Source of the DNA: Macrostomum lignano
Lineage: Eukaryota
NCBI GenBank assembly: GCA_002269645.1
Contig: NIVC01002003.1
Location: 124,001-188,000 of the forward strand
Direction: 5' to 3'
DNA: 64,000 nucleotides
This document shows, one piece after another, positions 49,709 to 61,851 of the stretch. Numbering within the stretch: the stretch's first letter is position 1; each line of letters begins with the position of its first letter. Position numbers and translations under genes: made by a program. A model generated the notes under the pieces. That model was given only the letters and a program-made list of their open reading frames with translations. It searched no databases and was not told the DNA's origin.

Positions 49709-51364
49709 TGTATCAGCAAAGAATTTTAATTTCTTTTGATAGCAGGCAGACCCAATGTTCGATCATATTTTGATACGTGTTGCCTCTGTTATAGCTCTAT
49801 TGGTAGTCATAGAGCTTAATTTCGTTTCGAAAATAACAAAACCTTGGTTAAAATTAGCCATGTTTTTACATTATTTGCTTCAATTTAAGTGGAGCATTAA
49901 TTTACATATTCTCAATAATTAACCAATTCAAGGCTATTAAAAGCAAAAAAGTCTTACCAATTGACAGGATTTGAAATAAATTTATACGCATATTTAACAG
50001 CGGAACAGTCAAATTATTTAGAATGCTTGTAGCTCTCCGTTCAAGAATTAAGAGTAGTTTATAACTAAGCTGAGCACTGAACTCGCCTGGCAAACTCTTT
50101 CTGGTTCGGTGTTAAATATCAGAGTTTGCAGTTGCCAAGATGAATGTTTACATGTCGCACCAACCCGCGCGATGCCGGAGGCAAACTCGATCTCAACAGT
50201 TAAACTGGTTGCTGGATGTCGATTTCTTAGTTGAGTTTCACGACCGAATCTGAATACCGTTCAAATAATCAAGCCAAAATAAATCTAACGGAATTTGAAC
50301 AGATTTCGCCACATTTCAGGAGATAAAGCTGCGTGGGTCTCAACTGCGCAGTGTACAGATCAGGTTCCACAAAGTAAATATAGAGTGTGGGAATTGACAA
50401 ACGTCAGCCTGGTGATGGAATACAAAAAACACTTTTTCTAGGAACAAACCTGACTTGTCTAATTTCGAGAAATTTCGCATGTGCTTATGGCAAATAGTGT
50501 GATTTCATTTCACGAAAGCGAAAGTTTTGCAATAACTTTTCGAATGTTTTCCAGTGCAGAAAAGGCGATCTAGACGTTTTTGGTAGCAATCGGCCCTTCG
50601 GCCCGGGATCTGAGTTCGATTCAAACCCAAATGAGGGCCACGAAAGAGATTCAAACGATTAGAGAGAGTCAAGGCCTCTGTACACCTGTTGTGAGCCGTA
50701 CATACGAGAGTGCGCGGCTGCATACATACAGTATCCGCACGCTTCTACGGGTATGCTCAGGAGTTAGCGGAACCCTCCGGCAATTATGTTTCTTATTGTT
50801 ATTATTACCATGACAGCAACTAGCTGTAATGATATTATGTTAGGGAGTATATTTGAGATAGGACTGGCAGTAGACACCAATAGATGGAGCTGCGCAGTGT
50901 TATCCGAACATGGTGGAGGTGCAGTAGACATGTGGACTTTTGAATTCTTACAAAAAAGTCCTAAGTGCTTTATGAAGGCATTGAAATTAAGTACATGTAC
51001 GAGTACAGGCCACCCTAAAAACCTGTTTCGACGTTTTAAGAGTACTCAGATCTTTTATGAGGACAGGGTAAGACTAATTCACCATGCAGTTATTTCTGGA
51101 CACAGATAATGCAGGACGCATCAGGGATTCCACTGGGAACGGCTGACTCAGGGAAAAAAGTTTATGAACATGCGTATAAGCCTGGCAACTCTGATATTTC
51201 TACTCTTTTGCTCATCAGACATCCACTCCCCTTCTTCCCACTCTTTGATCAATGCCACAATGCCAGAATAAATTTTACTAATGGCTAATTATTATCGTCT
51301 AACCAACGTTACTATTCGTAATGATTCGAGCAAATTGCCTCCCCTTCCCCCAATTCCAAAAACG

Positions 51365-51730
51365 GGTCGTGAGGGCCATGCTCCCAATGGTGCTTCGTGC
51401 GTACAACGCGTCAGAGCAGCTGATTTCCGCCATCATGGCGCTGTACCAGGCACGAGCGCTGCTGTGCTAACACCGGAGGGCCTGTCGGATTTCTTTGAGA
51501 CATCCTATACGCTTGCGCAGTTCCTGTTCGTCCTGGTGCTTGACTAGGTGTGTTGCAGACTGCTCTCTCTTCTAACGAAGATGGCTTCGTGCTGCGGCGA
51601 CGCGTGGGTCGACGCCAACCGGAGAGGCGGTTCAGTGTGCTTGGCTACGCTGACGATCTCGCCCTGCTGTCCTCGACCGTCGAGGGCGCCCATCACAAGC
51701 TGGACCGGCTGGTAAGCGTTGCGGGCGCTT
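51365..51730 (+). mobile_element. Non-LTR retrotransposon RT fragment
   Basis: IMALY..TSAAVLTPEGLSDFFET..LAQFLFVLVLD*VL...LGYADDLALLSS; stop codon and deletion of the GVLQG motif. Confidence 0.85.
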
Positions 51731-51737
51731 AATTTTA

Positions 51738-52210
51738 ATCAAATACTGCATTGACAAAAAATGTTATAATGTGTAGCGGTTTGGGGCCCGTTGCGGTGCT
51801 TGGGGTCTCCCTAAAACACGCACCGCACCGCCCCGAACCGCTACACATTATAAAATTTTTTATCAATGCAGTATTTGATCGCAGAGAAAACTATTTGTTG
51901 TACGAGTAATGCAATAAATAACTTTAGTTAATATTTTAAATAATATTATTAGTTTTCATATTCTCGTTTTTATTATTAAATTATATTAATATTATTTGAT
52001 TAATATTACTAAAAATATCACTTGTTATTCACCGAATATTATATTTCAAAGTAAAAAAAACTAAATTTAATAAAAACTTAAAGCTTAACAGAAAACGCAT
52101 TTTGAAATGTCTTCAGTTATAGTCCAATTTGTTTTAATTTGTAGCGGTGCAGGGCGGTGTGGGGCGTGTTTTAGGGAGACCCGGTGGCCGGTGCGTGTTT
52201 TAGGGAGACC
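51738..52210. repeat. Nested inverted repeats (MITE-like)
   Basis: ~48-bp-arm hairpin 51738-51879; GGTCTCCCTAAAACACGCACC at 51804-51824 is inverted at ~52161-52181 and 52190-52210. Confidence 0.75.
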
Positions 52211-52327
52211 GCGTTTATGACCGGTTTTTCAGTTCTAGTTCCCAATAAGAAAAAAATAACAAAAAAATCGATTTGGCAAAAAAACAATTGAATGTAAAAG
52301 GATTTTTGACTCGAAACTAAAATTTAC

Positions 52328-52640
52328 CATCTGAAATCTGTGTATATATAAAAAATCAGATTCACAGACCTTACTGTTTCTTCAGTGCACGTATCCAATC
52401 TTGCATAGCGTGATGTTGAAACGTCAGAAACTGTAGGATTTCGCATACAGGCCAAATAAATCTGCCCCGGAACTACGAAATACTAAACAACAACTGTTAA
52501 TCAATTTTATTTTTGCAATTTAACATCTGAAATCTGTGTTTACATAAAAAATCAGCTTCACAGACCTTACTGTTTCTTCAGTGCACGGATCCAATCTTGC
52601 ATAGCGTGATGTTGAAACGTCAGATACTGTACGATTTCGT
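52328..52640. repeat. ~116-bp direct duplication (period 196)
   Basis: CATCTGAAATCTGTG...GTTGAAACGTCAG at 52328 and 52524. Confidence 0.9.
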
Positions 52641-52799
52641 AGCTACAAAGGTTTGTAGCGTTGAATTTGTAAAATAACCGGCTTATACTCGTAGATTAGA
52701 ACAACAGCAAAAAAAATATGCAGTCGCCCCAGTAGTCAGTGGAGGGAGCGTCAGGTTAACAAAGCGCCAGCAAGCAAAGAATCAATTGTCCGGCCCATT

Positions 52800-53990
52800 G
52801 ATGCTCAGGATTTAGTCCACGTATCTCCGTGTCCTCGATCGCTTGAGCCCACCTGAACGGTTCCCGCAAAGTGAGCGGCAGGATGTCCTGGACAGGCTTG
52901 GGCAATAGCCCGGATGACGTAGCGCCTGTCAGTTGGAGTCGCCGTCTTGGCGCAGGATTTTTTTTCTTGCAGCTGTGCGTCCTCTCGCACAGGTCCTTGG
53001 ACAGGACGCTTTTGTCAGCCTGAGCGCATGGAGCAGCCCGCGGGCCGAGTGCTCCAATTGTCTAGCTGTTGCTCCAGCGTGGCCGTTAACATCGGGACGC
53101 TAGAATTCGCGCGACTGGATTTGCGCGACTGGAAATCGCACGACCTGGAATTGAAGCGCGCGACTTCTTTCTAGCGACTGGATTTCACACGACTGGATTT
53201 AAATCCAGTCGATCGAAATCCGGTTGCGTGAAATACAGTCGCTTGAATTCTACGTCGCGCGAAATCTAGTCGCTTGAAATAAGTCGCGAGAAATGATGTA
53301 GTCGATTTAATTTCAAGTCGTCTAAAATCATCCGATTCGCGCAAAATCCTGGCTCGAAGAAAACAATTAGCGCAAAATCCATTTGCGCGAATTCTAGCGT
53401 CCCTTAAACATCCACGTCTCAGCGTTGTCGAGCAAGACAGTCTCAACAGCCGAGCCCTCTGACGATCGGGCAGCGCTTTGGACTGAAGGATGACGCGAAT
53501 CGACCGGTAGGCTGTCCAGGAAAGTCCTCTCAATCTAGATCTGCGTCGTCCTCAACGTTGGGCACCAGACAGCATGTCAGCTCCGCTGGAATATTGGCTC
53601 GCTGAGATGGTCATGTCAGCGCCTCGGTCTTCAGCGTGTCGACAGATAGGCTCACGCTTTGATGCCACCTCGACCAACCTTAATCTAGCGCTGTGCTCCA
53701 TCAACAGTCGAGGACAGGAGTGTGAGGTCGTCGGCGTAGCTCAGAAACCCTGAGGCGCTTCTCATTGTGGCGGCGACCGATGTGTCTGCGCAGCAGGAAG
53801 CCGTCGCCTGCTGAAGGGGGTGCGTTCCGGAGCTGCACAATCCAGGAGCAGCACGAAGAGAAACGGCGCTGAATGTGTCGCTCTGTGTAGCACTCCTAAA
53901 CGAAGTTTCAGACAGGTCAGACAAGCCCCGTCTGCCGTCACCAACACAGCGTATCACCATAGAGCGATATGATGGCGTCAACTAGCTGCT
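52800..53990 (-). mobile_element. Non-LTR retrotransposon RT/C-terminal fragment (same family as 51365-51730), interrupted by a MITE
   Basis: APFLFVLLLD, FLSYADDLTLLSSTVDGAQR, LPDRQRARL and ETVLLDNAETWM|LTATLEQQLD. Confidence 0.8.
53094..53403. mobile_element. 310-bp MITE, 19-bp perfect TIR GGGACGCTAGAATTCGCGC, 8-bp TSD (one copy has a 1-nt insertion)
   Basis: TIRs 53094-53112 and 53385-53403; TTAACATC (53086-93) versus TTAAACATC (53404-12). Confidence 0.85.
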
Positions 53991-56229
53991 GGGGACTCGA
54001 CAGGTTCGTAGGACAAAAGGAAGTGCTGCTCTTAGCACTGAATCAATAATGCCATAATAATTTAAAACCCTAACAAACGGCGAGTAAAGACCGAGACCAG
54101 CTTTCGATCACAGAGTCGTGAAAGGTCTCCACGGCCCTTCAGAGTTGTAACTCCTTTAATTTCCTATTTTTCCGAGGTTCATGCTGGCGCGGCAGACTCA
54201 ATTCATATGCAATTATTCCAGCTTGTACTTTGTTTCATTTTACGAAAATGTACTTTAAATGCATTAAATGCAAGGAGGGCCCACGTCACCACGGGGTCAA
54301 GGACCGACATATCGGGACAACTGTGCATATGCCCCCCCTCTCCCTGGCCTGAGTAAAAGCTATGACAAAACGAACAAAATGAGTGTCTGTGTGGCAACAA
54401 AATTGAGTGTTAACGTAAACAACACCGATATCCAAAAATAATGTAGGAATTTCGTCATTTAGAATTCTTGACTTTGTCCCCCACCATAAAATCCATAGCG
54501 ACGCGCTGATGTCCCTGATCACATGCAAGCTAAGAATTATATCTAATTGTGCAACATATTTACATGTATAATATGTGATAAATTAGATTTGTAAGGAGAC
54601 AAATTGCAGAGAAATTACAATTAATCATTCAAGGTGCATTACAATACGATCCGGATTCACGTATTGACTGTATTAAGTTATTGATAGAATTTTTAATGAC
54701 AATTTCATGTATTCTTCTGGAGAACTAAGACCACAATCTTATAAATTACATTTATCTTATCTTATATAATATTTTTATCTCAATTAATATATGTTTTTAT
54801 TTCACATGTAATATTCAAAACCCATGTTTAAGGACCAATTAAACTTTTACGAATTTTTGGCGTAAATTAACACCATTATTTGAATTGATATTAATTAGCT
54901 TATTAAATTAACACAAAATTTTTGAGTTCAAAGTAATTGTAGTTAACTTTAAAAACTGTAGTTAACTACTGCCTTTATCAAGTGTAAAAAGAACGAAACA
55001 TTATTTTATAAATGCCTACTAGTTGCTTTGTTTATTTATTCTACATATTTAATAGTTTATTTTTTTCATATTTAAAAGAGTTCTTACTTCACATCGTTAT
55101 CGTTACATTATCACATACAAACGATAATGAGAGATCGAGCTGCTCGATCAAACAGTAGTTTTTTAATATTTGCCTTTATTTTAGTACTTGTTTCTACCAA
55201 AACTTATAAATAAAAAAGAAAAGGTTGAAACAATATAGTATTTTAGTTGGAGTTTTTTAAACATTGATGTTTATTTAGTTTTTAAAGCAGTAAACATTTG
55301 TTTTAACACGCTTTGTAACATATTCCGTTAGGCGGATTTTCAGCCATTCAATCGCGCAGCCTGTGCGTCTCTATTCGTTCGTTCGGAAATAAGTCAGGAA
55401 AACACCAAGCCAGACCAGACTAACCAGGACCCAGGAGCAATCAATGGCCTACTTTGTCTCAATCTCAAGTAAGTTCTGTTTTTGTTCTTTTTTAAAAATG
55501 TTACATTGCATTATTTTCAATGTGACTTAAATTTAGTTAGTTATAATGAGTAGGCCTACTTCTACTTCTAGGCCTAGCCTATTAGTGTATTTGGCCTTAT
55601 TTAGTAGTAGTATAGCCTAGGCCTAGCTTAATGCATAATACTAAAAATGAAATTAGGCCTAATAATAATAGTGTAGATTAGTTTTATATAGACTATAGTA
55701 AGTATCCTATGGCTATATCTCATTATCTCAAATTAATCAATATATGAAAAACAATTTATAATTTAAGTAATTATGTTGTTGATAACATTTTATAAAATGA
55801 ATTTTAAACAAAAAGCACCTTTACTATTTAAAAATAATATTATTTATAGAACTGTATGATTTAATCTAAAAAATTATATAGAAGTAATGTTCTATAATTT
55901 AGCCTTCCTCAAGTTTATGTTGATAAAATACTTCCAATTTTCCGGGGTTTTTTAATTTTACCAGACAATTTGTAGATGCCCTAAATAATAAAAAAGCAAA
56001 AAAAAAATCACCAAAAAGCTATATTCTTTGCCTATGGTAATGTAACCTCAGTTTATTAATTGATTATGGTATCAATGAGAATTCAATAAAAATTATTTCA
56101 ATGAAATGTGACAGTAGGGGTTCTAACCCAGACAAACATTTGCATCACGTCAATGTCCATAATTCAGATGGTGCAGCATGGTACGCTGGAAAAAAAGCCT
56201 CTTTCGTTATATAATATGCCAATGGTAGG

Positions 56230-56415
56230 CCACCTTTTTTGCAGTTGCGACAATAAAGGACCTTTTTTGCAGTTTGCGCTTGCAACAATAAAGGACATTT
56301 TTTGCAGTTTGTGCTTGCGAAAATAAAGGACATTTTTTGCAGTTTGCGCTTGCGACAATAAAGGACATTTTTTGCAGTTTGTGCTTATGACAATAAAGGT
56401 CCTTTTTTTGCAGTT
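56230..56415. repeat. 35-bp tandem repeat, ~5 copies, just 3' of the hAT-like transposase stop
   Basis: TTTTTTGCAGTTTGCGCTTGCAACAATAAAGGACA, period 35. Confidence 0.9.
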
Positions 56416-56468
56416 TCATTCTAAACAACGTCACTTTTACATCGCAAAAATTAAGACAAGTTAAGTCG

Positions 56469-59400
56469 TTAATTGCATTCTATAACCGCGCCAACAAATG
56501 GACAGCGAGAAGTTGCCGTCTTCCGCTTGTCCACAACTTTGCTGACACTATAATTGTTGGTGCACAAGCCCGCTACAAAGAAAGGCACCCGGTGACAGTG
56601 GATGCTTCTGCTGGTGTCACCAGCAAAGTATTTCTTTGCAGCGGCGTCTAGAAAGTGCTCGCTGGCAAGGCTGCCTATGGGTGGCAGCATCCAGCGAAGC
56701 TTTGCTCGCTGCTGCAGCGTGTTGTTAGACTGGCCGCCGTAGCATTGCTGCGCACGCATAGTGAAGTAAAAACTCTCGACTATAGACTCTGAGAGAAAAA
56801 GGGAGAGAGGATTTCAGTTTGTTTATACATTGATATATTATGTTTACATGCATTGCCAATTCAGTCAACATATATGGCGAACATATGGCCTACCGGTGCC
56901 TCCGCAATGCAGAGCAAAGTCGAGAAGCGAGCAAGCTTGCTTTCCTGCAAGTTTGTAGACTCGCGAGTTTGAATAAAACAATCGGTACACGGCGGCTTCG
57001 TCGAGCATGGTGGTAAAGTTGATACCAGTGTGCATCGTACCGCATAACCGCAGACGGAGGTCAGAAAGGCTAAAGGGCGAAGCACACAGCTGAACGATTT
57101 TTCCTTCGATTGTCGGGCTAAGCCAGCCTTCACGACCGTCGCCTATAAGCGACACCTAAAAATTGGTTATAAAAGCAATATTTTTCTTAGTTGTTAATGT
57201 GAACCAAGTTTTTCTTGTGTCATTAATTATTATGCATTTGTACATATAAGGGAGTAAACCTCACATTTGGTAGCCATATAAATGATTGACATGAACAAAG
57301 AAATTTTTTCTTCTACTAATCCCCTTCTAAGAAATATGATACAAAATGTACTTGTCTTACATGCTTGATCGCATCCATGTATGCCAAAATGTACTTTCGT
57401 GAGAGCTTGGGGTTCAGGTCCAACAGGTGTGCGAAGCCGGATGCTTGTTCGACAAGCCGCGTACAACATGGCTGTGAGGCTGCTTTCTCAAGTGCCACCT
57501 TGCTGTCCGGGGAAGCCAGTATAGTGATAACGTTCGCAACGTCAAACGATGCAGTCCTTAAGACTGTCATCCATGCAGCGCTGCATCTTGGCTACAAAAG
57601 CTTGGTGCAGGGCGGCAGCGAGATGTCAGATATCTTCCTCAATATCCTGCATTCATGGGGAAAATACTAATAATTCAGGCTGCGACAGTATCAGTAGCGG
57701 TTGCATGGGTTAATTTTTTTTTTGTGAATGAAATAAGCTTGTTATGAAATTGGATGGGCTCAAATGGAATTAGGATTTTTGCACTTCGGATACATACAAC
57801 CAATAAACAAACAGCAAGTGCACATAATACTTACTGCCTGCTCGCGGTATGTCCATTGGATACATGGTGGCTTGCATCGGCTGCCGCTGGCCACTCTATC
57901 AGCCTGCTGTGTCTCTACGAGCCAGCCTTTGAGCAGCTCTGCGCCCGTAAACTTTCCACCAGGATGGATGTCGTCTGCACAGCGGTTATACTGGGGATAG
58001 CCCTCCCTGCGAAAAGCCTCTCCGCGGACTCGCAGATACTCGGCAATGTCTTCCCACAGAGTTGCAACTTTCCAGTGCAGCAGCTGAGTGTTTTGCACTA
58101 GAATCATCAGCGCGCGCACCGGGCCAAGCAGATCTAGCAGGCAGAGAATGTCAGCAACAAAGTCGCTTCTGAACATCTCATACTGCAGAGTTTCGTTCTC
58201 ATTGGAGCTATACTCCTGGATGAACGCCGCGCGAAGATTGCCATAGGACTCCACAATGGCATCCCACTGTTTCATCGCAAAACTCAGGAATCGTTGCGTG
58301 GCGAAGGTTGGCACAACCCGCGCAGACGACTCTGAGGTGGCCTGGGTGTGAGAGTGTGCAGAGTTAAAGTATAAATGCAAATTATATGTATAACCCTTTA
58401 CCCAGATTTCTGGTATTTTTTACCTCCAGAACAGCAAATCCCCGTCCATGACCAAAATGTTGTGCAAATTGATTCGCTCGGCGAATGAAAATGCATAGGG
58501 GTTTGCCATCTGGTCCATCCCGCACCTCGTTGACAGCCAAGTTAATAAAGTGGCTGGCGTCCCAATTGACCGGAACAGTGCCCCCAACTTGAGCAACTTT
58601 AAGCTTGTTGCGCACCACTGTTTTGAAGGGAGCAGTCTGGTATTGACCATCAGCAACGACACCAACCAACTGTCCTAGCGGAGGGTCGAACCTAGCAATG
58701 CCTGCAAACAGGCGGTTAGCCAAAGAGGCACCTGTTGCATCCATGTCGTCTTCATAAACGGCCGGAGCTCCGCCAGGGATAGCGACAGCTGCACCTGTGT
58801 CACAGCGGGCCAGAAGTAAAACAGCCTGATTGGTGATCCGGCCTGTAAATGAAATGAAAATTGCTCTCTGAAATAAACTGCTTGTCAAGATTAATGTGAT
58901 TTAGTCTGCTAAGCAGCCTCTAGGCAATCGAGTCGTTGGTGCTTTATTAATTATGAGTAAAGCTCATAATTATAATTAGTATAATTTACAATTATAGTAG
59001 AAAGATTTGGTTGTTTTATGCCGTTAGTGTGTTCCACACTACCCACCCAGGTACAACAAAATAACATCCCATCTTCTTGACGAAAACTATCCTAAAGCGT
59101 CCAGAGAGGTCTAGTTAAACAGTTTACCTGGCATGCTCTTGTCGCACGTGACGCTAAAGCAAGGCGGTCGACCAGTCGACGGCAGTGGACGGCGCAGAAA
59201 GCTCACCGTGCTTTCATCGAGGCAAGCTTCGAACACATGCCAAAGCTCCCGCCCAAAGTCCCTGGATGATGTGAAATCGGGGGGCGTTCATGCTTTTTTG
59301 TTAATGCTTGTTCAAAAAGTGCGTCATTTACGGGTATGTAAAACAATAAAAACTTACAATTTACATCACATCTAAAAGTTAAAAAGGGATCTGGTTTCAA

Positions 59401-59700
59401 CGCTTTGCGTTGCGAATTGAATGTGGGGAGAAGAATGCAGATTTTTTCTGATTGTAAATACATATCTCTGTCTATAAACTTACGATCCGTGACAAATGTT
59501 GCCTATGTTTGCTCCACACGAGGAAAGCAGACAGACAAATGTCTCGTAGTGGCAGCCAGCTGCAGCAGATTCAATGTCGACAATCGAGCATCGCATTAAA
59601 TTACGTACCACTGCCGCCGAGCGCAACTTCTGTATAGCTCTTCACGTGTCGTTCGTATCTGGCTTCTCTATGTGTCTTCAGCTTTATGTTTTCCTATAGG
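56469..59700 (-). pseudogene. Spliced hAT-superfamily-like transposase pseudogene; exons ?-59484, 59261-59128, 58842-58424, 58341-57835, 57646-57361, 57155-56894, 56788-56469
   Basis: GANIGNICHG|SDF, PPCFSVTCDKS (D1), VVADG (D2), WDASHFINLAV (CxxH-equivalent), ATQRF (TRW-equivalent), ILCLLDLLGP..L..LVQ and GGT|ESIVESFY (E). Six phase-compatible GT-AG introns. In-frame TGA at 57628-26 and a +1 frameshift at ~57560. 5' end and TIRs not found. Confidence 0.78.
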
Positions 59701-61144
59701 TAGTCTAGTGGTTTTGTGGCAGTCCGTTGACTTGAAGGCTATAACTACTGACGACTATCGATACTCAGTTTCCCGGCTGGCGGCTATAATTCCCTCCTCG
59801 ATCCTCACCACGGTGATCGGATATCAGACCAAGAAAGAACTCGAACACAGTATGTTTATCTGGTAGGTTAACCTAACGGAGCTCCAAGCTAACTCTCTAG
59901 CAAAACCGCGGGGTGCGTTTTTCCGCGCTCCGCTCCGACTTATATAATATTCTCGAAACCGAGGGGATGAAAAACTTAGCAACGGCAAGCAAGAGGATTT
60001 GTCCTGAACGAGGTCACAGCCTCAACTCTAGCACAGTCATAACTCATAAGCCTTGAGCTAGTTGGTTGGTAGGCACACCAACCCCTTTTCTATGGTAGCG
60101 GGGGGCAGCCCTGAAACGCATTTGCTAAGTTAGGAAGTGTTTGCGCTTTTACCGAGATCTCTTTCTACTGTTCGTTATCCCTTTCCCCTTCATCGATCCA
60201 GTCTTCTTGTGCGGTCCCGGCCTTCTCCGGCTTTCGTCTCCAGGCGGGGTCCAGGTCAACTCCTCATCAGTCTCCCCCGCGGGCCGGTTCCAACCAGTTC
60301 CAGTTTTGCTGTCGGTCCGGGCCGCGTTCGCGCTGTAATGAAAGGGTGAGCTCCGGGCGTGTCCTCATCTAACCTCTCTGCTTTCAGTTGCTTGCCCTCT
60401 CTACTGTTGCTATTTTCTGCCTGATTTTATCCTAGAGCTCTCTTGAATTCGTTTCAGATTTCTAAGTCTTATATCATCCCCCTTTTGAAAATTCTGTGAC
60501 TGGTCAAGTTGATGCGGCCTATTGTCTTCCTAAATTATTCTCGAGTTGCTAATCAACCTACTACCAGTAGGTCTGTGAGCATATAAGACGTTTGAGATCT
60601 GAAATTAGGGTAAATGGGTAATCAAACATTTTTATAAATATATGGATAACTATGTCGTGAGTATGCACGAGTTTTGATTCTTGTTCCAGCGCCTCACTCT
60701 AGTTATATCATTATAGCAATTGGTTATAATATTGTGTGTATTCTGATTTTAGCTGTTTCCCCTGCTTGTATCAATCTCGATTCTCGAGTGTGGTTTGTTT
60801 GTTATCCGCTGTCGCCAGTATCTTATTTCTGTTGGGGCCGTGGTTGAACTAACATAATCTCGACTTGTGACTTCTGTGGGGCCTTTTGTTGCTATTTTTA
60901 GTCTCGTGGAGGGTTTGGGGCGACACGGGTGGTTTTACTGTCCCTCTCGCAGTGTACATTTAGGTCCGCTCCCCGCGGCGGAGGGGGTGGCTGTAATTTT
61001 TGCTTTCTCTTCGTCCTTCTGAGGCGGTGTTATATCAATTCCTCACTGGGGTTCCCTGCTCCTTCTAAAGCGACTATCTTCAGCTTTTAGTCTTCGTTAT
61101 TACGAATCGCTAGCTTCATTCTTGTCACTCGCATATTTCAATTC

Positions 61145-61402
61145 ATGTCTCGCTATGAGGTTGCCCAGCTCATTGAGCTCCTGTCTCATCTGGAGGCCCG
61201 AGTCAGCCGCCTAGAGGCCCACCTGGCCGTGGAAATAGCTCGGACGACGTCCCTTGAAAGCGGCCTCCTGACCGTTCGTGGACTCTCTGGCGGTCTGGGG
61301 GCCGGAGGCCTGGTCTTCGTGATCCTCGGCCTCGTTCTGCTGTTCGTCTGCTGCCGGCGACGTCGGAGCCCCCTAGCCGAGTCCACCGTCGTGACAATTT
61401 GA
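61145..61402 (+). CDS. Orphan 85-aa small membrane protein (heptad repeat, Gly-rich TM helix, CC, RRRR)
   Basis: First ATG after an in-frame stop; 4-3 Leu/Val periodicity at residues 9-27; TM GLVFVILGLVLLFV. Confidence 0.45.
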   Translation: MSRYEVAQLIELLSHLEARVSRLEAHLAVEIARTTSLESGLLTVRGLSGGLGAGGLVFVILGLVLLFVCCRRRRSPLAESTVVTI

Positions 61403-61415
61403 CAATTTTCCTATG

Positions 61416-61787
61416 CTACTTCATAATCGTGTGCTTTTTCTTGTCTATCCTTATCCCCCTTGTTGGATTTTTTGCTATTGACTGTTGTGCAGTGCTTAAC
61501 GTGTAGGAGTGAGTAATGGTGCTGGTTACTATTTTTGTACAATAAAACAATGAGTGCTGGATCATGGAATTTGGTAGTGCCTTGCCTTTGTACTTGGTTA
61601 TTCTAAGTTTGGGTTTGCTTTGATTGACGGGGCTGGCTTCCCCTAGTTCACCGGTCAGAATCTTCAGGTAGCGAGACGCTTCCCAAAGTTCTTTCCGTGA
61701 GACTGGTTCTTGCCTTAGGATTGCACCTCGAGTGAGAGTGCCACAAGGATAAGACTTCCGGTCGTGACGACCCATCTGTCCTACCAT
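61416..61787 (-). CDS. Orphan ORF, 123 aa
   Basis: Intronless, packed between two other ORFs; no family recognised. Confidence 0.3.
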   Translation of the reverse strand: MVGQMGRHDRKSYPCGTLTRGAILRQEPVSRKELWEASRYLKILTGELGEASPVNQSKPKLRITKYKGKALPNSMIQHSLFYCTKIVTSTITHSYTLSTAQQSIAKNPTRGIRIDKKKHTIMK

Positions 61788-61851
61788 TGTGTCAGTGTCT
61801 CTGCTCTCGTTTCTCCTTATGCCCTTACACTTTCGCGTCCCGAAATCCCTA

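Noticed and set aside
50565-50630. tRNA or SINE-like B-box (GAGTTCGATTC) with a possible A-box
   Set aside because: A cloverleaf cannot be folded and there is no acceptor stem; at most a decayed SINE head.
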